NCBI GenBank assembly: GCA_964610745.1
Contig: CAZSYL010000017.1
Location: 1-44,087, forward strand
From: an uncultured Acidimicrobiales bacterium
Lineage (GTDB): Bacteria; Actinomycetota; Acidimicrobiia; Acidimicrobiales; SHLQ01
Length of the DNA stretch: 44,087 nucleotides
Direction of reading: 5' to 3'
In this document: positions 8,279 to 18,367 of the stretch, in pieces
How positions within the stretch are numbered: position 1 is the first letter of the stretch
How the letters are laid out: every line of letters begins with the position of its first letter
Translations under genes and position numbers: made by a program
Notes under the pieces: generated by a model
Told to the model about the DNA's origin: nothing
The model's database searches: none
What the model saw: only the letters and a program-made list of their open reading frames with translations

Positions 8279-9897
8279 GACCTATCCCTGACATGATCGA
8301 TCGACAGTCCGAGCTGTTTGCGAAGAACTCCGCGGCATACCGAGATGACCTCTCGACCCTCACCGAACGTTTGCAGTTCGCCATCGACGGCGGACGAGGC
8401 CGAACGCGTTCGATCGACAGGCATCACCGTCGGGGCAAAGTGATGGCCCGTGACCGTATCGACATGGTTGCCGATGCAGGAGCACCGTTCCTGGAACTAT
8501 CCAGCCTCGCCGGCTTTGGTCAGGTCGAGGACGAGTTCCCAGGTGCTGGCATTGTGACGGGCATTGGCCTCATCCACGGCGTGCCCTGGATGTTCATCGC
8601 GAATGACGCGACGGTGAAGGGCGGATCGCTCTTCCCCGCCGGCATCAAGAAGCAGGTTCGGGCTCAGGACATTGCGCTCGAGAACGACCTCGGTTGCATC
8701 TATCTGGTCGACTCGGGAGGCGCGTTCCTTCCAATGCAGGACGAAGTCTTCCCGGACAAAGACCACTTCGGCGGCACGTTCTACCGCCAAGCGCGCATGT
8801 CGGCCGCAGGCCTGCCCCAGCTCTCGGTGGTCCTCGGTGGCTGCACGGCAGGTGGCGCGTATGTTCCGGCACTCTCCGATGAAGTGATCATGGTCGAGGG
8901 GATCGGCCGGATCTTCCTCGGCGGCCCGCCGATCGTCAAGGCCGCACTCGGCGAGGTCGTCGACCCCGACGACCTGGGTGGCGCGGCCCTCCACACCCGC
9001 CAATCGGGCGTTTCCGACTACATGGTTCAAACCGAGGCCGAGGCCTATGGTCTGCTTCGCGAGCTGTGCGAGAACACGAACCAGCGAACGATCGATGACA
9101 GGAACGGCTGGCTGGACTGGGCGGAACCTCGTCCACCAGCGCACCCTGCCGAGGACATCCTCGGCATTATCAATGCCGACACCCGCATCCCGTTTGACTC
9201 GCGCCAGATCATTGGTCGGCTGGTCGATGCGAGCGAGTTTGCCGAGTTCAAACCGGAGTGGGGCACATCGATCGCTACCGGCTTCGCCCGCATCTGGGGC
9301 CATCAGGTCGGCATCATCTCAAACAACGGGATCATCTTCTCCGAGGACGCTCTCAAAGCAACTCACTTCATCGAACTGTGCAACCAACGCTCGGTACCGC
9401 TGCTGTTTTTGCAGAACACCACCGGCTACATGGTGGGCCGCGACAGTGAAATCGGTGGCATAGCGAAGAACGGGGCCAAGATGGTTGCGGCCGTCGCGAA
9501 CTGTCGGGTCCCAAAGTTCACGGTGCTCATCGGCGGCTCATATGGCGCAGGCAACTACGGCATGTGCGGACGGGGCTTTAACCCTCGATTCCTCTTCGCC
9601 TGGCCCAATAGCCGTATCGCCACCATGGCAGCCGACACCGCCGAAACAGTGCTCACCGACATACGCCTCGGCGGGATGAAAGGCGCTCAAACGACCGACG
9701 AGGAGATCGCCGAGATCCGATCCACGATTCGTGGTCAGTACGAAGAACAGTCGGACCCCTACTACGCCACATCCCGACTCTGGGATGACGGCCTGATCAG
9801 TCCCCTCGACACGCGGGACGCGCTCGGCATGTGTCTCGCGCTCGCTGCACGACAGCATGCGCCCGTAACCGGCGATCGCATCGTGTATCGGATGTGA
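8275..9897 (+). CDS. Acyl-CoA carboxylase carboxyltransferase subunit (methylcrotonyl-CoA carboxylase beta-like)
   Basis: ANDATVKGGS, VDSGGAFLPMQDEVFPD, CTAGGAYVPALSD, GGSYGAGNYGMCGR, YATSRLWDDG. Confidence 0.93.
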   Translation: MRPIPDMIDRQSELFAKNSAAYRDDLSTLTERLQFAIDGGRGRTRSIDRHHRRGKVMARDRIDMVADAGAPFLELSSLAGFGQVEDEFPGAGIVTGIGLIHGVPWMFIANDATVKGGSLFPAGIKKQVRAQDIALENDLGCIYLVDSGGAFLPMQDEVFPDKDHFGGTFYRQARMSAAGLPQLSVVLGGCTAGGAYVPALSDEVIMVEGIGRIFLGGPPIVKAALGEVVDPDDLGGAALHTRQSGVSDYMVQTEAEAYGLLRELCENTNQRTIDDRNGWLDWAEPRPPAHPAEDILGIINADTRIPFDSRQIIGRLVDASEFAEFKPEWGTSIATGFARIWGHQVGIISNNGIIFSEDALKATHFIELCNQRSVPLLFLQNTTGYMVGRDSEIGGIAKNGAKMVAAVANCRVPKFTVLIGGSYGAGNYGMCGRGFNPRFLFAWPNSRIATMAADTAETVLTDIRLGGMKGAQTTDEEIAEIRSTIRGQYEEQSDPYYATSRLWDDGLISPLDTRDALGMCLALAARQHAPVTGDRIVYRM

Positions 9898-11696
9898 TCG
9901 CGATGACCCAACCATTCGAAGCTTCACCATCGATCGCAAGTCCGGATTCCGACATGGTCGTGCTCATCGCGAACCGCGGTGAGATCGCCCGCCGTATCAT
10001 CCGTACCTGCAACGCATGGAACGTCGAGAGCGTTGCGGTCTATGCGGACCCCGACGCTGAAGCACCCCACGTGTCTGAAGCTACTCGAAGCGAACGAATC
10101 GGACCCGCCGCACTCGACGAGAGCTATCTGTCAATCGACGCGCTGATCGCCGCCGCGGAACGATCCGGAGCAACACACGTTCACCCCGGATACGGCTTCC
10201 TGTCAGAGCGCACCGAGTTTGCCAATGCCGTCACGAGCGCAGGACTGACCTGGGTTGGCCCATCACCGGCATCGGTTGCGTCCATGGGCTCAAAGATCGA
10301 AGCACGAAGCGTCGCTATCGACGCAGGAGTACCCGTGATTCCCGGCTTTAATGAGAGCCAGGACCCAGCCGACCTGAAGGCCGCTGCAGTTGGTATTGGT
10401 TACCCGGTGCTCGTCAAAGCATCTGCGGGTGGCGGAGGCAAGGGCATCCGCATTGCTCACCAGGCAGACGACTTCGACCAAGCGCTTTCCGATGCCCGAA
10501 CCGAAGCGCTTCGCGCGTTCGGCAACGACGACGTCATCGTCGAGCGCTATATCACTCGCCCTCGCCATATCGAGGTACAGATCGCGGGCGATAAGCATGG
10601 CAACGTTGTCGATATCGGCACCCGCGAGTGCTCGGTACAACGGCGCTATCAGAAGGTCATCGAGGAAGCGCCGGCGCCCAACCTTCCCGCCGAGGTAGCC
10701 AACGCCATGCGTCAGGCCGCGGTGTCGCTGTCGAAGGCGATCGGATACGACTCGGTTGGGACGATCGAGTTCATCGTCGATGCGGCCTCAAACGAGTTCT
10801 TCTTTCTGGAGATGAACACGCGTATCCAGGTCGAACACACCGTCACCGAACAAGTCACCGGGCTCGACCTCATCGCCCACCAGCTCGCAATCGCAAGTGG
10901 CGAGCCGCTCGCTCTCTCGCCCACCTGCTTCGACGACGCTTTGGCGACAGATCCAAGCCATGCAATCGAAGCCCGGATCACCGCGGAAGACGCGTGGGCA
11001 GGACACCTGCCTCAGACCGGCACGGTCACTGCGCTCACTGTGCCCGAGACCAGCGACATCCGATGGGATGCAGCCATCATCAGCGGTTCGGAGATTTCTC
11101 CGTACTACGACTCGATGATCGGCAAGCTCATCGTGACAGCCCGAGACCGCACCACGGCGCTCGACCGATTGGGCAGTGCCCTCACCGAGCTCATCGTCGA
11201 CGGTGTCACGACCAACATCGACTTCCATCGCTGGCTCGTCGGACACGCCCAAGTTCGAGCGGGTACGGTCACGACTCGCTTTATCGATGAGACCCCAGCC
11301 CCCACCGCATCTCCCTTCGAGGAAGCGATCAATTCGCCGTGGCGCACAAAGACCGGCAAGCGACTCACGCCGCATTCATCGGCTCTCGCGTTCAACAGCC
11401 CCAGCCGCGACGACCGTTGGCACGGCGCTGGACGAGCCGGCGACGCAGGTACCGAGGTAACTGCACCCTTCCCCGGCTTGATCACCGAGATCCTTGTTGC
11501 CCCGGGCGATGAGGTGACCGGAGGCCAGACCCTCATGACTATCGAAGCAATGAAAATGCTCCATCCCATCACCGCTGCGGGCAATGCGACCGTTGCCAGC
11601 GTCGAGGTCGCGGCCGGCGACCAAGTAGATGGCAACGGCATCCTCATCACGTTCTCCGAATCCGATCCGACCACTCCCCCAGAAGGCCAGACATGA
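9894..11696 (+). CDS. Acyl-CoA carboxylase alpha subunit (biotin carboxylase plus biotin carrier)
   Basis: LIANRGEIA, HPGYGFLSE, KASAGGGGKG, RECSVQRR, EMNTRIQVEH, biotinylation motif EAMKM; GTG 9894 overlaps upstream stop (alternative ATG 9903). Confidence 0.93.
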   Translation: MIAMTQPFEASPSIASPDSDMVVLIANRGEIARRIIRTCNAWNVESVAVYADPDAEAPHVSEATRSERIGPAALDESYLSIDALIAAAERSGATHVHPGYGFLSERTEFANAVTSAGLTWVGPSPASVASMGSKIEARSVAIDAGVPVIPGFNESQDPADLKAAAVGIGYPVLVKASAGGGGKGIRIAHQADDFDQALSDARTEALRAFGNDDVIVERYITRPRHIEVQIAGDKHGNVVDIGTRECSVQRRYQKVIEEAPAPNLPAEVANAMRQAAVSLSKAIGYDSVGTIEFIVDAASNEFFFLEMNTRIQVEHTVTEQVTGLDLIAHQLAIASGEPLALSPTCFDDALATDPSHAIEARITAEDAWAGHLPQTGTVTALTVPETSDIRWDAAIISGSEISPYYDSMIGKLIVTARDRTTALDRLGSALTELIVDGVTTNIDFHRWLVGHAQVRAGTVTTRFIDETPAPTASPFEEAINSPWRTKTGKRLTPHSSALAFNSPSRDDRWHGAGRAGDAGTEVTAPFPGLITEILVAPGDEVTGGQTLMTIEAMKMLHPITAAGNATVASVEVAAGDQVDGNGILITFSESDPTTPPEGQT

Positions 11697-12844
11697 CCCT
11701 GCGTAACGCCTACATGACCGACGAGCTTGAAGCGATCTATGACCAAACCGTCGAGTTTGTTCAGAAGGAAGTAAAGCCTCATGGAGAGGCCTGGGAGGAA
11801 GCCGGCAAAGTACCACGCGACGTGCTCGAGAAGATGGGTGCGCTTGGAATGTTCTCTCTTCGGGTCCCCGAAGACCAGGGTGGTCTTGGCATGGGCTACG
11901 TCGCGAGCGCCGTGTTCTCCGAAGCGCTCGGATCGTCGACGTTCGCCGGCTTCGATGTCACGTGCCTGGTCCACACGGACATGTCGTCACCGCACCTCAT
12001 CAACTCGGGCAACCAGGAACAATTCGACCGCTACCTGCCCGGAATCATGGCCGGAACCCACATCATGGCCGTTGGTGTGAGCGAACCTGACGCGGGCTCT
12101 GATGTTGCGGGTATTCGAACAACCGCCGTCAAGGACGGCGATGGTTGGCGTCTCAACGGAACCAAGCTCTACATCACCAACGGCGTCTACGGTGACACCG
12201 TCATCGTTGCTGCACGCACCGATACCGAAAACAAGTACGGCATCTCGATGTTCCTGGTCGATCAAGGAACCGAGGGTTTCACGGTTGGTAAGAAGCTGAA
12301 GAAGCATGGCTGGCTGTCGAGCGATACCGCAGAGCTGATCTTCGAGGACGTGTGGGTGCCGCAGGAGAACCTGCTCGGGACCGAGCACCGCGGCTTTTAC
12401 GAGACGATGAAGAACTTCCAGAACGAACGCATGGTTCTGGTCGGCATGGGGGTTGGCGCTGCTCAGGCTGCGATCGACCTCACCAACGAATACACACAAG
12501 AACGCGGCGCCTTCGGCGGGAAACTCTTCGACCTCGGGGCCATCCGCCAGCGCATGGGGATGAACCAAGCAAAGATCGATGCCGCGCGAGCGTCGATGTA
12601 TCACGCTGCCTGGCTCGGCGATCAGGGCGAAGACAACGTCAAAGAGATGTCGGCGATCAAGGCCTGGGGTTGCGAAGCAATCAACGAGGTCATGTACGAC
12701 TGCGTCCAGTTCCACGGCGGCATGGGATATATGTCTGAGTCGGCCATCGACCGCATGTCCCGCGATGCCCGCATCCTCCCCATCGGCGGCGGAGCCACAG
12801 AAGTCATGCTCGAAGAGGTCGCCAAGCGCAGTTACGCATCATGA
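11693..12844 (+). CDS. Acyl-CoA dehydrogenase
   Basis: SEPDAGSDVAG, NGTKLYITNG, FQNER, VQFHGGMGY, IGGGATEVM. Confidence 0.95.
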   Translation: MTLRNAYMTDELEAIYDQTVEFVQKEVKPHGEAWEEAGKVPRDVLEKMGALGMFSLRVPEDQGGLGMGYVASAVFSEALGSSTFAGFDVTCLVHTDMSSPHLINSGNQEQFDRYLPGIMAGTHIMAVGVSEPDAGSDVAGIRTTAVKDGDGWRLNGTKLYITNGVYGDTVIVAARTDTENKYGISMFLVDQGTEGFTVGKKLKKHGWLSSDTAELIFEDVWVPQENLLGTEHRGFYETMKNFQNERMVLVGMGVGAAQAAIDLTNEYTQERGAFGGKLFDLGAIRQRMGMNQAKIDAARASMYHAAWLGDQGEDNVKEMSAIKAWGCEAINEVMYDCVQFHGGMGYMSESAIDRMSRDARILPIGGGATEVMLEEVAKRSYAS

Positions 12845-12845
12845 G

Positions 12846-13826
12846 CTAGAGCTCGAACACCGCGATGTTGGGGTCGTGGAGCATGCCGATATACAGGTGG
12901 CCGCCAAGCGCTCGAACGCCGGTCGTCACCGCAACCGTCCCCGTATCGTCTTGGAGGTTGTGCCGCAGAGTCCCGTCAGCGTCATAGGCAAAGACCATGC
13001 CGTGACGCACCGGCTTTGGACTGAGGGCGTCAGGCATCCTGTGCGCGACCTTGCGCATCCACGTCCGCGACGACATGGCGTCGAGCGCCGCTTGGCGAGG
13101 CGACGCGAGCGCGACCCAAAGAAGGCCGTCAGCGAAGCTCAGATTGTCGGGAAAGCCGGGAAGATTGTCGAGAAAGACCTCGCTAGAACCAGCCTTGTCG
13201 CCGGTGAGCCAGTAGCGATGGATCCGATAGCGGCCGGTCTCCGCAACGAACACCGAGGCCTCCTCTGCATCGAGTGCCACTCCGTTGGCGAATTGCAGAC
13301 CATCGATCAACACGGTTACCTCGCCGGTCTCTGCGAGCTGAAAGAGGCGCCCACTCGGTCGCCCCTCGACGAGGTCGCTCTCGTATTCGGCGAGGGGCCA
13401 TCGACGCGAGGACTCGGTGAAGTAGATCGTGCCACTCGATGCGACGCTCGAGTTGTTGGTGAGGGTCAAGCGTTCGCCGTCGACCGTATCGAGCAGCGTG
13501 TCGACGGCACCATGCTTCGACACACGCTGAACACCCCTATCGGCATTGCAGACGAGCAGATCATCGTCGCCGTAGAGCTCGATGCCGAGCGGACGTCCCC
13601 CAACGTCGGCCACGAATCGAATGTTGCGAGCAAGATCAAGCTCGAGGATCGCCCCATCGTCGAGACCGGTGTAGATCCGTTCCGAGCTATCGATTGCCAC
13701 GTCCTCTGGGCCGTTACCCGGAACGTTCAGCAAGCGTGCTCGGGCTAGCCGGTCGTTGGATGCGTAGCGTCCCGTCAACTTCGGCGCGGTCGGTGGGGTC
13801 CAGGCTTGGGGTTCAAAGGCGGTCAT
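12846..13826 (-). CDS. SMP-30/gluconolactonase / strictosidine synthase-like beta-propeller protein
   Basis: GPEDV, GGRPLG, IYFTESS, LQFANGVAL, NLPGFPDN; ATG 13826 lies 6 nt after TACCGT. Confidence 0.9.
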   Translation of the reverse strand: MTAFEPQAWTPPTAPKLTGRYASNDRLARARLLNVPGNGPEDVAIDSSERIYTGLDDGAILELDLARNIRFVADVGGRPLGIELYGDDDLLVCNADRGVQRVSKHGAVDTLLDTVDGERLTLTNNSSVASSGTIYFTESSRRWPLAEYESDLVEGRPSGRLFQLAETGEVTVLIDGLQFANGVALDAEEASVFVAETGRYRIHRYWLTGDKAGSSEVFLDNLPGFPDNLSFADGLLWVALASPRQAALDAMSSRTWMRKVAHRMPDALSPKPVRHGMVFAYDADGTLRHNLQDDTGTVAVTTGVRALGGHLYIGMLHDPNIAVFEL

Positions 13827-13868
13827 TGACCGACGGTAGCCCACTACCGTGAGCGAAGCCCGCGCGAT

Positions 13869-15032
13869 CTACATCGAGCGCCGAAAATTGAACGCAGCCA
13901 TGCCGTCGCCTTCGAAGACGTCCGGCAGCAGACGGCCACCACGACCGTAAGGCTCCCAGGGTTCGACGAGCGGCTGAGGTTCGAGCTCTGGGAGTTCGGC
14001 TGCAATTCGAGCGTCAACGGCGACAGACTCGGCTGCGGTCAGCGTGCAGACCGAAAACACGACCTGCCCGCCGGGTTTGATGAGTTCGGCGGCCTGAGCA
14101 ACAAGATCGAACTGGAGACCTGCGAGGTTGTCGATATCGGCCGGTTTGATGCGCCAGCGTGCATCGGCGCGGCGTCGCAGCGAACCGAGTCCCGAACACG
14201 GCGCATCGATCAGCACTGCGTCGGCACTGTGCGGCCGGTACGGAGCCATCGTCGCGTCGGCGACGATGGTGTGCACGGTCGTCCCGGTGTCGGCCGCTGC
14301 GGTACGCACCAGACCGGCACGGTGCTCATGAAGGTCAGACCCAATGACCGTGGCTGACTCGTTCGCCCCCGAGATGAACGTGGCCTTCCCACCTGGCGCT
14401 GCGCACAAGTCATACACCACAGCGCCGGGATCGACCCCCACTAGCGCGGCCACCTGCTGAGAGGCTAAATCTTGGCGGTACCCGTCATTGCGTGTGTGTG
14501 TAGTCGCTGCTTCGTTCATCGCTGCGAGGACCGCGTGGGCACGGTCGCCAAGGTCTGTTTCCAAACGTTTGACCAGCCAGTCCGGATAGCTCAATCGTAT
14601 GGCGTCGGTCGGCCAGTCGGTCTCTTCGGCCGACCCTGCCTTTGCCACCTTGCGCAGCACCGCGTTCACAAACCCACGAGCTCGCTTCGGCGTCGCTGCC
14701 ACCGTCGCGTCGACCGCAGCGTGGGACGGAGTACGCAGATAGGCAAGTTGGTAGGCACCGACTCGCAACGCGGCACGCGCACGCGAATCGACGTCATCGC
14801 GGTCGATGAACCGATCCACGAGATAATCGAGGGCACGTTTCATCCGGGTAGCGCCGTACACAATCTGCGTGACGAACGCCCGGTCGCGTTCATCGAGGTC
14901 TGACTCTTCCAGCAACTTCGGAACGAGCAAGTTCGCGTACGCTCCGTCGACTTCTATGCGTTCGAGCGCTTCGATCGCGAGCCGGCGCGCGATCACGCCG
15001 TTTGTCTTTGATGGTTCTGGGGCCTCGCTCAC
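13869..15032 (-). CDS. rsmB: 16S rRNA m5C967 methyltransferase RsmB/Sun
   Basis: NusB-like N-terminus (GFVNAVLRK), DLCAAPGGKA, DAPCSGLG, SVCT; GTG overlaps the fmt stop. Confidence 0.9.
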   Translation of the reverse strand: MSEAPEPSKTNGVIARRLAIEALERIEVDGAYANLLVPKLLEESDLDERDRAFVTQIVYGATRMKRALDYLVDRFIDRDDVDSRARAALRVGAYQLAYLRTPSHAAVDATVAATPKRARGFVNAVLRKVAKAGSAEETDWPTDAIRLSYPDWLVKRLETDLGDRAHAVLAAMNEAATTHTRNDGYRQDLASQQVAALVGVDPGAVVYDLCAAPGGKATFISGANESATVIGSDLHEHRAGLVRTAAADTGTTVHTIVADATMAPYRPHSADAVLIDAPCSGLGSLRRRADARWRIKPADIDNLAGLQFDLVAQAAELIKPGGQVVFSVCTLTAAESVAVDARIAAELPELEPQPLVEPWEPYGRGGRLLPDVFEGDGMAAFNFRRSM

Positions 15033-15949
15033 GAGCCTGGCACCGGATCGAACGTGCTGCCATTGGGCTGGGCGCCATTGGCCCACGCCTCAGCATCCAT
15101 TCGAGGCCTTCCAGCGGGCTGGACTGTCACGAGACGAAGTCCTCCGCTGCCAGCGCCGACGACGAGGTCGCCAATCTCGCCTGGCCCGAGCGCACAGACT
15201 TCGTCGACGACCGCTTCGTGAATCTTGAAGCGCTGCCCATCGAGCTCGGTCCAGGCGTTGCCCACACGAATAATGCGATGCAGTTCGGCCGCGGGGCGGG
15301 TCCAGTCGAGTTGGAGGTCGCTCGTGTGGATCTTCTTCGCGTAGATCGGCTCGCCCGCTTGTGCTCTGGGCTCTGAGAAACCGGCGCGCATAGTTTCGAC
15401 CATCAGCTCCGCTCCGGCGTAGGCCATGTCGTGCCACGTACTGAGCAGCGTTGCGTCGTCGGCCATGGGCCATGGCAACTCGGCCCAAATGTCACCCTCG
15501 TCGAGCCCCTCGGCAACCGTGATCACATCGATCGCGGAGGCTTCGTCCCCTTCGAGGATCGCCCATTCGACCGGAGCAGCGCCACGCCAACGCGGCAGCG
15601 CGGAGAAATGCAGATTCACCATCGGAATCTGCTCGAGGACGTTCAATCGGATGATCTTGCCGAATGCGACGACCACCGCCAGATCGATTGGTGCCCGCCG
15701 GTGCTCGGCGAGCAGCTCGTCCACCTCGGTCGTCACGACGATGTCGTGTTCGAGGGCTAACGCTTTCACTGCCGTAGGTGAGGTTTCCTTGCCACGACCC
15801 CGACGCTTGTCAGCGCCAGAAACGACCAGCGGGATCTCATAGCCAGCGTCGATGATCGCCTGGAGGGTTGGCACCGCAATCGCGGGAGTCCCAAGGAAGG
15901 CTACGCGCCGAATGTTCGCCGGATCTGACGGCGGAAGAGGAAGGGCCAC
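15029..15949 (-). CDS. fmt: Methionyl-tRNA formyltransferase
   Basis: FLGTP, VVAFG, NLHFSALPRWRGAAP, LDEGD. Confidence 0.96.
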   Translation of the reverse strand: MALPLPPSDPANIRRVAFLGTPAIAVPTLQAIIDAGYEIPLVVSGADKRRGRGKETSPTAVKALALEHDIVVTTEVDELLAEHRRAPIDLAVVVAFGKIIRLNVLEQIPMVNLHFSALPRWRGAAPVEWAILEGDEASAIDVITVAEGLDEGDIWAELPWPMADDATLLSTWHDMAYAGAELMVETMRAGFSEPRAQAGEPIYAKKIHTSDLQLDWTRPAAELHRIIRVGNAWTELDGQRFKIHEAVVDEVCALGPGEIGDLVVGAGSGGLRLVTVQPAGRPRMDAEAWANGAQPNGSTFDPVPGS

Positions 15950-15960
15950 AGATGAGAACT

Positions 15961-16536
15961 CTACGGCAGAGAGAGCCCGCCGGGCTTTGGCAGCGAAAGA
16001 CCGAGCTCGGCGCTCATTGCCTCAGCGGAGTTATCACCCTTATCAGCGCGCTCGCGCAGAATCTTCTTGGCTTCCTTCTTCTGCTCATCGTCGAGATGTT
16101 CGACGAGCAACACGCCGTTGAGATGGTCGAGCTCGTGTTGGAAGAGACGCGCTTCAAGTTCGTCCGCTTCGATGTTGATCTCGTTGCCATCGAGGTCGTA
16201 GCCACGAATATGCACCGTCTTGGGACGCACGATGTGCCACGAGAGACCCGGAACCGACAGGCACCCTTCGTTGAACTCCCACTCGCCGTCGGATTCGATG
16301 ATCTCGGGGTTGATGAGGGCGTGTGGGTCGAAGCCCTCCTCAGCCAGGTCGTAGACGAACAACCGCTTGCGGATGCCCACCTGGGGTGCAGCAAGACCCA
16401 ACCCGGGTTCGTCATACATTGTCTCGAGCATGTCGTCGACGAGGCGAACCAGGGATCCATCGATGTCGGTGACGTCTTTTGCCACCTGCTTCAGGACCGG
16501 GTCGCCGTAGTGGCGGATGCGATAGGGAGCGCTCAT
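15961..16536 (-). CDS. def: Peptide deformylase
   Basis: GLGLAAPQVG, EGCLSVPG, QHELDHLNG; start uncertain among 16536, 16539 and 16542. Confidence 0.97.
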   Translation of the reverse strand: MSAPYRIRHYGDPVLKQVAKDVTDIDGSLVRLVDDMLETMYDEPGLGLAAPQVGIRKRLFVYDLAEEGFDPHALINPEIIESDGEWEFNEGCLSVPGLSWHIVRPKTVHIRGYDLDGNEINIEADELEARLFQHELDHLNGVLLVEHLDDEQKKEAKKILRERADKGDNSAEAMSAELGLSLPKPGGLSLP

Positions 16537-16583
16537 CACCATCTACGATACCGTCCCCGCCCCGCGACGCTAGCCTCGACAGC

Positions 16584-17216
16584 ATGCCTCCCGTCTCAGA
16601 TCTGCTGCTCTTCAGTAGCGCTGCCCTCTTCCTCTTGATAATCCCTGGCCCCGCAGTGCTCTACATCGTCGCCCGAAGCACGTCGCAGGGAACAAGGGCT
16701 GGCCTGATCTCCACACTCGGCATCCACGCCGGAACGCTCGTCCACATCATCGCCGCGGTCGCTGGACTGTCCGCCATACTCCTAGCGTCGTCGCAGGCCT
16801 TTACTGTCGTCAAGCTCGCTGGAGCCGCCTACCTGTTGTATCTCGGCATCGCGGCGCTGCGAGCCCGCGACAATGCATCCGACGATCACGACGCTCCAAC
16901 ACATCGATCCGCCAAGCGGCTTTTCATTGACGGTGCCGTGCTCAACGTTCTCAATCCAAAGACTGCGGTCTTCTTTCTTGCGTTCGTCCCACAGTTCGTA
17001 GATCCAGCTGCTGGCTCTCCCACGACTCAGCTGTTGGTATTCAGCGGTCTATTCGTCGCTCTTGGACTCATATCAGACTCGATGTTCGCCGCCATCGGTG
17101 GCTGGGCGGGCAGTCGATTCCCCCGTTCCCGCGAATTCGACCGGCGAAAGAACGCCGTTGCGGGCACGACGTACCTAGCACTCGGCGGAATCACCGCGCT
17201 CGGCGCCCGAAGCTAG
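16584..17216 (+). CDS. LysE/RhtB-family translocator
   Basis: IIPGPAVLYIV, KLAGAAYLLYLG, NVLNPKTAVFFLAFVPQFV; ATG lies 7 nt after TAGCCT. Confidence 0.93.
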   Translation: MPPVSDLLLFSSAALFLLIIPGPAVLYIVARSTSQGTRAGLISTLGIHAGTLVHIIAAVAGLSAILLASSQAFTVVKLAGAAYLLYLGIAALRARDNASDDHDAPTHRSAKRLFIDGAVLNVLNPKTAVFFLAFVPQFVDPAAGSPTTQLLVFSGLFVALGLISDSMFAAIGGWAGSRFPRSREFDRRKNAVAGTTYLALGGITALGARS

Positions 17217-17225
17217 CTTGCGAAA

Positions 17226-17846
17226 GTGAGCGATTCCCAGTACTTCGATGCCGCACCGACGGCGGCGTCGAATCCGCGCACGATCGAGTTGGTGCTCCCC
17301 GATGTCTTCCTCACGCTCGGCACCGACAGCGGCGTGTTCTCGAATCAGAAGGTCGATTCGGGAAGCCGCTACCTGCTCCAGGCCCATCCGCCAATACCCG
17401 AGCCCAGCGAACACATTCTCGATCTCGGTTGCGGCTATGGACCGATTGCGCTCACCGCTGCGAAACGAGCACCGGATGCCGAGGTTTGGGGAGTCGACGT
17501 GAACACCCGGGCCCTCGACCTCGCTCGAGCAAACGCAGAGGCCAACAACATCGCCAACGCTCGATTTGGTACCGCCGACGAAGTCCCCGTCGACGTGGGT
17601 TTCGACCTGATCATCTCGAACCCACCCATCCGAATCGGCAAGCAGGCCCTACACGAGCTGCTCGAAACCTGGCTCGATCGACTCACGCCGACCGGCAGAG
17701 CCTGGATGGTCGTCCAAAAACACCTCGGTTCGGACTCGCTCACTACGTGGCTCACCGAGAATGGATGGGCGACAACAAAACTTGGGAGCCGCAAGGGCTT
17801 TCGAATACTGGAAACACTCCCGCGTTCCACGGAGACACCCTCGTGA
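17226..17846 (+). CDS. Class I SAM-dependent methyltransferase (RsmC/MTS-like)
   Basis: QYF...GVFS...DSGS, LDLGCGYGPI, SNPPIRIGK. Confidence 0.9.
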   Translation: MSDSQYFDAAPTAASNPRTIELVLPDVFLTLGTDSGVFSNQKVDSGSRYLLQAHPPIPEPSEHILDLGCGYGPIALTAAKRAPDAEVWGVDVNTRALDLARANAEANNIANARFGTADEVPVDVGFDLIISNPPIRIGKQALHELLETWLDRLTPTGRAWMVVQKHLGSDSLTTWLTENGWATTKLGSRKGFRILETLPRSTETPS

Positions 17847-18367
17847 AAAACCTGGACCCGACCGGGCTGAAGCGCCTGCATCGCGACTGGCGGCGCCGCA
17901 CGACCCAAGACGTCTCGCTGATCCTCGACAGTGTGCAAACCCCGTACAACGTCGGAACCATCATCAGGACGAGCGCAGCGCTCGGAGTCGAACACCTGTG
18001 GTTGGTCGGAGCGACCGAGTCACCGAACCACAACAAGACCAACAAAACCGCCATGGGTACCCAGCGATACGTGGAATGGACGGCGGTCGAAACTCCGACC
18101 GAGGCAATCAACGCCGCCCGCGATGCCGGCTATGCCGTCGTCGGCATCGAGCTCGCCGACGACGCACTACCCCTTCACGAAGTCGACCTGTCTGGCAAGG
18201 TGTGCCTCGTTGTCGGCCACGAGGACCGCGGGCTCAGCAAAGAAGCCCTCGCCCTGTGCGACACGGTCGGATATATCCCCCAGGTCGGCAAGGTTGGGTC
18301 GCTGAACGTCGGAGTGGCCGCGTCGATCGCCGTTGCCGAGGCTCGACGCCAGGCGTGGACTGCCTAG
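17843..18367 (+). CDS. TrmH/SpoU-family RNA methyltransferase
   Basis: LDSVQTPYNVGTIIRT, VGHEDRG, IPQVGKVGSLNV SPOUT motifs; GTG overlaps the upstream stop. Confidence 0.92.
   Translation: MKNLDPTGLKRLHRDWRRRTTQDVSLILDSVQTPYNVGTIIRTSAALGVEHLWLVGATESPNHNKTNKTAMGTQRYVEWTAVETPTEAINAARDAGYAVVGIELADDALPLHEVDLSGKVCLVVGHEDRGLSKEALALCDTVGYIPQVGKVGSLNVGVAASIAVAEARRQAWTA

Noticed and set aside
12579-13748. 389-aa plus-strand ORF
   Set aside because: Antisense shadow of the SMP-30 gene, common in GC-rich DNA; no motifs.
17429-17842. Apparent extension or fusion upstream of the TrmH gene
   Set aside because: Alternate-frame overlap with the RsmC-like gene; GTG 17843 in a GTGA overlap explains both genes.
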